Shown piece by piece: positions 55,086-64,000 of a stretch of 64,000 nt of DNA (the stretch's first letter is position 1; every line of letters starts with the position of its first letter). Position numbers and translations under genes: made by a program. The DNA comes from the human T2T-CHM13v2.0 reference genome, Homo sapiens. The notes under the pieces are model-generated. The model was not told where the DNA came from. It was given only the letters and a program-made list of their open reading frames with translations, and did no database searches. The stretch lies in NCBI RefSeq assembly GCF_009914755.1, contig NC_060932.1; one strand, given 5' to 3'.

Positions 55086-55884
55086 AAAACAATAGGAAAC
55101 GATAGGAATATGAATCAAAGACAGGAAACAATAGGAATAGGAATCAAATAAAACTGGACTTTTTCAATAATATATTTTAACGATTTTGGGTACTAGTTCC
55201 CTCCTTTCTTAGGCTTGTTATTTTTATTTGCTTTTGTATCTGTTTATTGACCAGCTGCATTAGTGAATCTATTCCTCCCCATAAACCCTCCCACATACAA
55301 ACACACTTAGTGCTAAGTCTCTTTGAAGTTGTTCCTCTGGGAAATGAAGCTTTGGGTATACCCACAGTCACCCTGAGATAACAGTAGTTTTGGCAGGTCT
55401 CCCATTCTCTCTTCCAGACCATACTCAGATGTTAAACTCCACTAATTGCTGGTACATTACACTAGTGTTTATAAAAGTGCTCTGGGGCATAAATTCCTCT
55501 ACAAAGTAATCTAATCACATTGTGTGGCTCCTTCAGACAACAGTTTCTGAGGTTAGTGTTAATTTGCTCTGATCTTAGGAGGGCTTCTCCCAAATGTCTT
55601 ATTTCCTGATCCCCTTCCTTTTTCCCTACCAAATAGCTGGCCAAAAATCTAAACTGTATCTTCATTAAATCCACAAATCTCCAAATTCACTTGACTACAG
55701 CCTCCATTATTTTTATTTGTATTCTTAGGTTTAAACTTTTCCATGCTCTGTTGAAAATGAAGTCAGCTCCTTCAGGAAGAGATTGGGCTCCGTTTTATTG
55801 CTTGTTTCTCTAATATTCCCCTCACCTCCTGCAAAATCTCTGAGTCAATGTTCTCAAGCTGGGGGTAGGATCAATGGAAAATTC

Positions 55885-56280
55885 TGTCAAGTGGCAAAAT
55901 TATTAAAAGTATAGCTTAAATATCTTAATTGATTTTCATTTGTGAGTCCAGAATTGGGCAACATCTCATTTTGTAAAACAGAATGAGTTTCAAATAAGCT
56001 GAGCAGAGGAGGTTGTTTTATACAGAGAGAAGGACTGGAGAAAGCAGAAACAGAAAACAAAAAGCAGATTGATTATTTCAAAGTACTTTCCTTGTAAAGA
56101 TTAAAGCGGAGAGGACTTCCTTATCATGCTGGCTAAAACTGGCTTTGATGTCTCACTCTCCTGATTTCTCAGTTTGGTGACATGGAATTTTAGCATGAAT
56201 TATTCCATTTTAGTTTGGTCTGTTGAACCTAGTGCAGGAGCTCAGTGAAAACCAATGGTCTTCTGTAAACTTTACTTATA
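55885..56280 (-). mobile_element. ERV1 LTR, MER31-like
   Basis: TGTCAA start, AGCAGAAACAGAAAACAAAAAGCAGATTG and TCCATTTTAGTTTGGTCTGTTG motifs. Confidence 0.5.
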
Positions 56281-56373
56281 TTTCCCTCTAAAAGTCACCT
56301 CCATTCTAGAAGCTGAACTCTCAGTGAAGTGGGAGAACAGACTGAGGTTTCCTCAGTTTGCCTCTGCTGGTAT

Positions 56374-56673
56374 GATCATGAGGTCAGGAGATTGAGACTA
56401 TCCTGACTAACATGGTGAAACCCTGTCTCTACTAAAAATACAAAAAAAAAAAAAAAATAGCCAGGCATTGTGGTGGGCGCCTGTAATCCCAGCTACTCGG
56501 GAGGCTGAGGCAGGAGAACGGGTGAACCCCGGAGGCTGAGCTTGCAGTGAGCCAAGATCGCACCTCTGCATTACAGCCTGGGCAAAAAAGCGAGACTCCA
56601 TCTCAAAAACAAACAAACAAACAAACAAAAAAAGCAAGAAAGAAACAACAACAACAAAACAGAAAAACAAAAA
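56374..56673 (+). mobile_element. 5'-truncated AluY-type element with (CAAA)n-rich tail
   Basis: GATCATGAGGTCAGGAGATTGAGAC..CTAACATGG; GAGCTTGCAGTGAGC; extended middle A-run. Confidence 0.85.
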
Positions 56674-57829
56674 CTCCCACCATCTCAAGAGCCAGGGGAA
56701 GGGTTATCTGGAACTTGGTATTCTCAGCAGTTTACAGCACAGGTTGAACTTCCATGTGAGGGAGGCTTTGTAAAAGAAGAGAGCCCCAACTACTCAACTA
56801 CAGTAGGCTGGGGGAGAGGATGAGAAATGCTAAAGTTCTGTTTCTCCTAGGAAAGAAGCCCTCTAGCAGGGAGCTGGTTGGGGTGGAGAGGCACCCACCT
56901 ATACTGCTGACTGAAGTAGTCTGGAACTCGGAAGCAGAAATCAGCATTGGTTCAAATATCAGCTTCTCATATTTCTTACCAAATATTCAAAGATTTTCTT
57001 GAATCGACATTTATTCATTTGATGTCTGCCCTTATGAGTATTTTTAGAATATTTAAATTTTTTTGTTAATAAAAAAAATAATAATAATAATTTGTATCAG
57101 CTTCACTGGAGATCTGGTCAGCAGAGGTCCTGACCCAATTAGGAACTATCAGGACAAAAGATGATCTTCCAGGAGATGAATATTTTTAAGTTAAAGAGTG
57201 TCCCAGAAGTTTTTCCTTTCTTTCTTCTTTGATTATTTCTTTTATGTTAATAAATCTCTTTTACATCTTTCTATGTAAAAATTGATATACTTTTTTGGAG
57301 ACTGACCTCAACTTGAGGTGTATTTTGGGAAAATGAATCACCTCACTGTCAAAAATTGTCAAATCAACAGTTAACATAATGATGGTATATTCATAAGCTA
57401 ATAATTAATTTTTTAAAAAAGTGGTTGCCTGTGACAGAAAATAAGTATTATATTTGTTAGAACGTTAATAAGAAAATAATGTGAGTTTGAGTTTTGCATA
57501 TCTTGATTAACTGAATAAATTTTCTTTGCTTTTTATTTCATATAAGTTTATAGAACAAGGGCAATGCTGAGGTATAAAAAACAAATGGAGTGATTCTCCA
57601 ATGTTAACAAAAGTCTCAGCAGCTAGCATACAGTATTTTGCTTATGCATTTTTATTTTTGATATTCCTTTTGGGCTTTAAACAATCTCTTTTTGGCTAAA
57701 TATGAACTCTACTTTACCGATTTGTTACTCACTTTAAAAGACATAGCCTTCTACTCCACTCTGCATAGTCGCATGCTATGCTTCATGTTAAGAAAGGTGC
57801 ATGATATTTTATCTAGTATCTACTCAAAG

Positions 57830-58343
57830 TGTGAAAATAAGTAAATAAAAATCTAAGCTGTTGAACCTGTAAGTTATTTTGAGCCTTAAAGGAATGTGAT
57901 GAGTCCTGAGTCACCTGGCAGACAGCTGTAACCTAGGCACCTGTCCCCTAGGCAGCTGTAATTTTGTTTCTTTAATTATAGATGAGCTTTATTTTTTAAC
58001 TGCATTGGTTTGTAAAATGCTATAAATGACTAAAGAGTTCCAGGGAAGACCTTTTCTCTCTTCACTGTTGATCTTTATTATAGGTGAACTTCCCTCTTAC
58101 CTTTTTCACATAAAGACTTCATGGCTATCACAATATCTTAAGAGTGAATGTTAAATGTAGTCTTTTAAATTGTAAAAAGAAAATGAAACAGACGATAAAT
58201 AATTAAATTTTTATAACTCACAAATCAGTGTTGTATAGAAAATGTTGTAATTCCATTAAATTTGTATTCTCCTTATATAAGCAAGACCTTAACTTTTAAC
58301 TTCTGAACACTGAACCCCATTTTTCTGAAATCTGTGTCTCTTG
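57830..58343 (+). mobile_element. ERV1 LTR, LTR24-like, 3'-truncated
   Basis: TGTGAAAATAAGTAAATAAAAATCTAAGCTGTTG...TTATTTTGAGCCTTAAAGGAATGTGAT. Confidence 0.55.
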
Positions 58344-58469
58344 AAACCTACTTGTGGTTTTCCCCTTGGTTTATTCTAATTGAGTTTTTTTATTATAAAT
58401 GTGTAGGTTAACTAGATACAATATCAACCATTCAAATAACGTTGTGAAAACAGTTATCCTGGTAAATAT

Positions 58470-58770
58470 TAAATAGAATATTTTGAAAGACTAAATGAAA
58501 ACGTGCTGATAAAAAATAGTTGCTGTCAAATTAAGTGTGAGCAAGATAACTTTAAATGATTTGGCATGTGTTTATAAAAGTATAGACTGAGTCTCTATTT
58601 AAAATGCTTCTTGAGTTCTTTAGGTTCTTGTTCTACAACTGAAACTGAAAAGAGTCCATGATGCAATATGGGTGTAGATTATTTTAAAAGATAAGCTAAA
58701 ATAAGCTTGAATTCAATTTTAAAAGCCATTTCCAAAGAAAAGGCCTTGACACTTTAAAGTGTTGTCAAAT
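58470..58770 (+). mobile_element. TcMar-Tigger transposase remnant
   Basis: Degenerate CENP-B-like HTH coding traces (GCTGTCAAATTAAGTGTGAGCAAGATAACT; GATGCAATATGGGTG; CAAAGAAAAGGCCTTG). Confidence 0.45.
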
Positions 58771-58837
58771 GACTGCACACATATATTTCAAAATTAAAAA
58801 TAAAACAAATTAAAAAGAAAATTTAGAAGCTTCATAG

Positions 58838-59060
58838 TGTTGACCAAAGAAATCAAACTCTGTAAAATATTTGAAGATGTTTATTCTGAGCCAAATGTGA
58901 GGATCTTAACCCATGATACAGCGTCAGGGGGCCCTATGAACATGTGTCTAAAGTGGTTGGGTTACAGCTTGATTTTATACATTTTAGGGAGTCAGAAGTT
59001 ATAGGCAAAGATATACATCAATATATGTAAGGTATACATTGGTTCAGCCTAGAGAGGTGG
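58838..59060 (-). mobile_element. MER4-family LTR, R/U5 portion (host of the HERV-H)
   Basis: TGTTGACCAAAGAAATCAAACTCTGTAAAATATTTGAAGATGTTTATTCTGAGCCAAAT...ATACATTGGTTCAG; minus-strand AATAAA at 58880-58885. Confidence 0.8.
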
Positions 59061-59075
59061 TTTCATGTGCATCCG
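59061..59075 (-). mobile_element. 15-bp remnant of the 3' LTR7 U5 end
   Basis: TTTCATGTGCATCCG vs TTTCATACGTGTCCG at the 5' LTR end (63868-63882); the four differences are transitions in the CpG-rich core. Confidence 0.8.
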
Positions 59076-59499
59076 AGAGAGAGAATGGGCGATGTTTCTC
59101 AGGGCTGCTTCAAGCAGGATTAGGGGTGGCGTGGGAACCTAGAGTGGGAGAGATTAAGCTGAAGGGAGGTCTTGTGGTAATGGGTGATATTGTGGGGATG
59201 TTAGAAGAAACATTTGTCGTATAGAATGATTGGTGATTGCCTGGATACGGTTTTGAATGAATTGAGAAACTAAATGGAATAACAGAAGGAGAAAAACAGG
59301 TATAAAAGGTCTAAGAATTGGGACGACTCAGGATATCTCATTAGAGAGTGCCTAAGGAGATTCAGCATAGTCCTGCCAGCAAAGATTATTTATTTACTTC
59401 AAGAGTTAAGAGTGGCAGTTTGGGGATAGCACCAGGAGATATCAGCTGCGATGGCTTGGAAAAACAGTGTAAACCAGCAGTGTAAACAAGAGCAGGGCA

Positions 59500-61650
59500 T
59501 GTATGAGTAGCTGAGAATAAAAAGGAGCGTCTATACAGGAGCTCAAATGGGCTGTACCCTGTAGCATTCCGAGGACAGGCCTGAATTCTGAGAAGGGAAA
59601 GTGGTAAAAGTATTGTCCAGTCCTTTTTAAGTTGGTGGCTGAGCTTGGTGAGGTGTGTTTTTAAAAGACCTTTAGTCCATTCTACTTTTCTTGAAGACGG
59701 AGGACCGTAAGGGATATAAAAGTTTCACTGAATACTAAGAGCCTGAAAATCTGCTTGGCTGATTTGACTAATAAAGGCTCATCTGTTATCAGACTGTATT
59801 GAGGTGGGAAGGCTAAACTGAGGAATTATGTCTGACAGAAGGGAAGAAATGACTGCGGTGGCCTTCTCAGACCCTGTAGGAAAGGCCTCTACCTATCCAG
59901 TGAAAGTATCTACCTAGACTAAGAGGTATTTTAGTTATCTGACTCAGGGCATGTTGAGTAAAGCTAATTTGCCAGTCCTGGGTGGGGCAAATCCTCAAGC
60001 TTGATGTGTAGGGAAGGGAGGGGGCCTGAATAATCCCTGAGGAGTAGTAGAATAGCAGATGGAACACTGAGAAATTATTTCCTTGAGGATAGATTTCCAT
60101 GATGGAAAGGAAATGAGAGGTTCTAAGAGGCAGGCTAGTGGCTTGTACTATAGCATAACCTGCCTTTGCTGGTGTGTGGCGATTAGGCCTGGTGGAACCG
60201 CCATCAATAAATCAAGCGTGATCAGGGTGAGGAACAGGAAAGAAGGAAATCTGGGGAAATGGGGTGAATGTCAGGTGGATCAGAGAGATACAGTCATGGG
60301 GGTCAGGTGTGGTATCAGGAATAATGTGGGAGGCCGGATTGAAGTCTGGGCCAGGAACAACGGTAATTGTGGGAGACTCAACAAAGAGTGAGTATGGCTG
60401 AAGGAGCCGGGAAGCAGAAAGTATATGTGTCAGGTATGAGGAAGAAAATAGATTTTGGAAGTTATGAGAACTGTAGAGAGTGAGTTGAGCATAGTTTGTG
60501 ATTTTGAGGGCCTCTAAAAGTATTAATGCAGTGGCAGCCGCTGCACACAGACATGAGGGCTAGGCTAAAACAGTAAGGTCAAGTTGTTTGGACAGAAAGG
60601 CTACAGGGTGTGGTCCTGGCTCTTGTGTAAGAATTCTGACCATGCTAACCATGCCTAGGAAGGAAAGGAGTTGTTTTGTAGAAGGTGCTGGGGTTTGAGA
60701 AATCAGTCGGACACGATTGGCAGGGAGAGCACGTGTGTTTTTATGAGAATTATGCTGAGATAGGTAACAGATGAGGAAGAAATTTGGGCTTGATTGAAGT
60801 AATGGGGGCTGTCTGTGAAGCTTTGCAGCAGTACAGCCTAGGTAATTTGCTCAGCTTGATGGGTGTCAGGGTCAGTCCAAGTGAAAATGAAGAGAGGCTG
60901 GGATTAAGAGTGCAAAGGAATAGTAAAGAAAGCATGTTTGAGATCTAGAACAGAATAATGGGTTATAGAGGCAGGTATTGAGGATAGGAGAGTATATGGG
61001 TTTGGCACCATGGGGTGGATAGACAAAACAATTTGGTTGATAAGGCGCAGATCCTGAACTAACTTGTAAGGCTTGTCTGGTTTTAGGACAGGTAAAATGG
61101 GGGAATTGTAAGGAGAGTTTATAGGCTTTAAAAGGCCATGCTGTAGCAGGCGAGTGATAACAGGCTTTAATCTTTTTAAAGCGTGCTGCGGGATGGGATA
61201 TTGGCGTTGAGTGGGGTAAGGGTGATTAGGTTTTAATGAGATGGTAAGGGGTGCATGATCGGTCGCCAAGGAGGGAGTAGAGGTATCTTATACTTGTGGG
61301 TTAAGGTGGGGGGATACAAGAGGAGGATGCAAAGGAGGCTTTGGATAGGGAAGAAGGGCGGCAATGAGATATAGCTGTAGTCCAGGAATAGTCAGGGAAG
61401 CAGATAATTTAGTTAAAGTGTCTCAGCCTAATAAGGGAACTGGGCAGGTGGGGATAACTAAAAAGGAGTGCTTAAAAGAGTATTGTCTAAGTTGGCAGCA
61501 GAGTTGGGGAGTTTTAAGAGGTTTAGAAGCCTGGCCGTCAATACCCACAACAGTTATGGAGGCAAGGGAAACAGGCCCTTGAAAAGAAGGTAATGTGGAG
61601 TGGGTAGCCTCCGTATTGATTAAGAAGGGGACGGGCTTACCTTCCACTGT
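59500..61650 (-). pseudogene. pol: HERV-H pro-pol remnants
   Basis: FLINTEATHS (mutated protease active site, 61423..61647); PYKLVQDLRLINQ/SVLDLKHAFFTIPLH RT (60904..61269); integrase TQDWQI (59867..60100). Confidence 0.9.
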
Positions 61651-61825
61651 GAGAGTTACCCGAAGCTCTGCGTCCGTGATGGTCTAGAGGGCTTCCAAGG
61701 CGATCGGGCAGTGTGTCTTCAGCCGCTAAGCCGAGAAGATCTGGGAAGGAGTCAGTCAGACAGCCTTGGGCCAGAGTTCCAGGGGCTCTGGTAGTGGCTG
61801 CCAGGTGAGTTGAACAGTCCGATTT

Positions 61826-62062
61826 TCAGTGGGGTCCCACACAGATGGGACGCGGCTTAGGAGGAATCCCGGGCTGCGGGCATTCCTTGGCCCAGTGGCC
61901 CGATTTCCGGCATGTGTAGCAAGCTCCTGTGGGAGGAGGTTCTGGAGGAATGCCTGGCCGCTGCGGTTCAGGCGTTTGGAAGTTCTTGTGTGCTGGAGAT
62001 GTGGCTGGGGTTTGTCTCACAGTGGAGGCAAGGAATTGCAACTTTTTTTTATTATTGTACAC
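61826..62062 (-). pseudogene. gag: HERV-H gag C-terminal (nucleocapsid) remnant
   Basis: CYTCRKSGHWAKEC CCHC zinc knuckle. Confidence 0.9.
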
Positions 62063-63010
62063 CTTGAAGGCGAGGTTAATTAAATCCTGTTGTGGGGTTT
62101 GAGGGCCGGAATTTAATTTTTGGAGTTTTATTTAATGTCGGGAGCAGATTGGGTAATAAAATGTATTTTGAGAATAAGACGGCCTTTTGACTTTTTAGGG
62201 TCTAGGGCTGTAAAGTGTCTCAGGGTTGCTGCCAAACAAGTCATGAACTGGGCTGGATTTTTATGTTCGATGAAAAAGAGCCTAAACGCTATCTGATTTG
62301 GGATAAAGGAAAAGGAGCATTAACCTTGACTATGCCTTTAGCTCCAGCCACCTTTTTAAGAGTAAATTGCTGGGCAGGTGGGGGAGGGCTAGTCACGAAA
62401 CGAAACTGTAAGCCTGACCAGGTGTGAGGAGGGGAGGCGATAAAAAGATTATAGGGTGGAGGAGCAGAGGCTGAGGAAGAATTGGGACCTAGCTCAGCCT
62501 GGCAAGGAGGGGAGAGGTCAGATGGGTCTGTAGAAAAGGAAGATTAGAAAGACTCATGACGCTTGGGGTTGGGACTGAGGGGACAGGTGGGAGGGAAAGA
62601 AGGAAGATTTGGGATGAGTTGCACTGGGCACAGAGACTAGGAAGGGACTGATGTGTAAAAGAATGCCTGGACGTCAGGCACCTCAGACTGTTTGCCTATT
62701 TTGTGACAAGAATTATTTAGATCTTACAGGATGGAAAAATTCAAAGTGCCATTTTCTGGCTATTTGGAACTACTGCCGAGATTTTATTGGGGTCAAGCGG
62801 CATTGCAGAAGAAAATAAGGCATTTAGGTTTTAGGTCAGGTGTGAGTTGAAGAGGTTTTAAGTTTTTGAGAACACAGGCCAAGGGAGTAGAAGGAGGAAT
62901 GGAGAGTGGAAGGTTGCCTATAGTGAAGGAAGCAAGCCTAGAGAAAAGAGAGAGTAGAGAAATGGAGGGAAGGGGTTCGGGGGTTCTTACCTTCCAGAAA
63001 AGTGGGAAAA

Positions 63011-63261
63011 GGGGTTGGGGTGCAGAGATAAGAGGTCAGGGCGTGGAAATTAGGGATGGGGTGCAGAAATAAGGGGTCAGGGCACAGAAATAAGGGGTCA
63101 GGTCATGGAAATAAGGGGTCAGGGCACGGAAATAAGGGATTGGGGCACAGAGATACAAGGTTGGGGTGCGGAAATAAGGGATTGGGGGACAGAGATAAGA
63201 GGTCAGGGTGTGGAAATAAGGGATTGGGGCACAGAGATAAGAGGTTGGGGCACGGAAATAA
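63011..63261. repeat. 12 x ~21-bp G-rich tandem array in the HERV-H leader
   Basis: Units GGG(G/A)T(T/C)(G/A)GGG..(A/G)GA(A/G)ATAA counted from 63011 to 63261. Confidence 0.9.
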
Positions 63262-63716
63262 GGGATTGGGGGTTCTTGCCCTGTAGAAAACCGGGACTTG
63301 CTGCTAAGGGTGAAGGAGAAGGGGTTGATGGGTACTTGCCCCTGCCCCAGGAAAGCAGAGAAGGGGTAGAGACAAGGAGAGAAGGGGTTGGGGTACTTGC
63401 CCCTTCCCCAGAAAAGCAGGACTTGCCGCTAAGGGTGAAGGACCAAGGCAGGTGTCCCTGCGTGGTCTGACACCTTTGAAACGTGGGTGAATAATCAGAG
63501 AGGTGTCCCTGAAATGATTAAACACCAAGGGAAGGCTGCCTTCCCAGTCAGTGACCGGCGCCGGAGTTTTGGGTCAACAGATAAAACGTGTCTCCGTTGT
63601 CTCTCCCAGAAAATGAAAGGAATTGAAATTAAGAGAAGGGAGAGATTGAAGAGTGGAAAGAAGAAAGTGGTTGAGGGACAGTGAGAGAGATTGGAGAAGA
63701 GAGTAAGAAGAGGCTG

Positions 63717-63724
63717 CTTACCTG
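63717..63724 (-). promoter_or_regulatory. HERV-H leader splice donor CAG|GTAAG
   Basis: Plus strand CTTACCTG, about 125 nt downstream of the PBS on the minus strand. Confidence 0.7.
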
Positions 63725-63847
63725 ATTTAAAATTGGTGAGATGTTCCCTGGGCTGGTCGGTCTGAGGACCTGAGGTCATAGGTGGATCTTTCTCATGGAG
63801 CAAAGAACAGGAGGACAGGGGATTGATCTCCCAAGGGAGGTCCCCCG

Positions 63848-63865
63848 ATCCGAGTCACGGCACCA
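63848..63865 (-). promoter_or_regulatory. Primer-binding site tRNA-His
   Basis: Minus strand TGGTGCCGTGACTCGGAT, the canonical HERV-H PBS. Confidence 0.95.
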
Positions 63866-63867
63866 AA

Positions 63868-64000
63868 TTTCATACGTGTCCGTGTGAAGAGACCACCGAA
63901 CAGGCTTTGTGTGAGCAACATGGCTGTTTATTTCACCTGGGTGCAGGTGGGCTGAGTCTGAAAAGAGTCAGCAAAGGGAGATAAGGGTGGGGCCGTTTTA
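63868..64000 (-). mobile_element. 5' LTR7 (U5/R part; continues beyond window)
   Basis: TTTCATACGTGTCCGTGTGAAGAGACCACC...GAGCAACATGGCTGTTTATTTCACCTGGG; AATAAA at 63927-63932 (minus). Confidence 0.9.

Larger units (their letters stand above)
41430..57150 (-). mobile_element. Fragmented old L1M host (pieces about 41430-41786, 47042-47448, 55150 onward)
   Basis: L1M-like antisense sequence resumes collinearly across nested elements (TTGAAAACTAGACTTT ... AAAACTGGACTTTTTCAATAATATA); boundaries approximate. Confidence 0.5.
59061..64000 (-). mobile_element. HERV-H provirus (env-deleted type), 3' LTR nearly absent, 5' LTR7 cut by the window end
   Basis: tRNA-His PBS, LTR7 U5/R, gag CCHC knuckle, pro and pol remnants typical of HERV-H. 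Confidence 0.95.

Noticed and set aside
63011-63470. Repetitive ORFs (EIRDWGT..., GNKGLG...) and CRISPR-like periodicity
   Set aside because: Head-to-tail 21-bp VNTR with no unique spacers and no cas genes; the ORFs are translation artefacts of the repeat.

Overview
Human genomic DNA, judged from a human-specific pre-Ta L1HS and an AluYb8. The window is AT-rich and made up mostly of transposable-element remnants. I found no cellular protein-coding exon, RNA gene or CRISPR array; every ORF I could assign derives from L1, Alu or ERV sequence. Main architecture: (i) two very young insertions, a 5'-inverted pre-Ta L1HS at 437-1501 and an AluYb8 at 9129-9441; (ii) an ancient full-length L1MA (17747-39589, still bounded by a 16-bp TSD) inflated to about 22 kb by a two-LTR MER51A provirus with pol/env remnants, itself carrying an Alu and an L1PA, and by a second L1MA carrying an MSTA LTR; (iii) a second nested cluster at about 41.4-57 kb: old L1M host, MLT2D/ERVL, a MER67-like LTR, and a 5'-inverted L1PA that hosts a PABL_A provirus; (iv) a minus-strand HERV-H from 59061 to the window end, with a perfect tRNA-His PBS and 5' LTR7 but a 3' LTR reduced to 15 bp, inserted in a same-orientation MER4 LTR whose AATAAA could replace the lost poly(A) signal. 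I see no evidence for a new multi-gene system. The best leads are the 3'-LTR-less HERV-H, an apparent LTR-LTR gene-conversion tract, a gag-less recombinant provirus and several templated-insertion scars. Subfamily names come from recalled consensus sequences and need RepeatMasker/Dfam confirmation.
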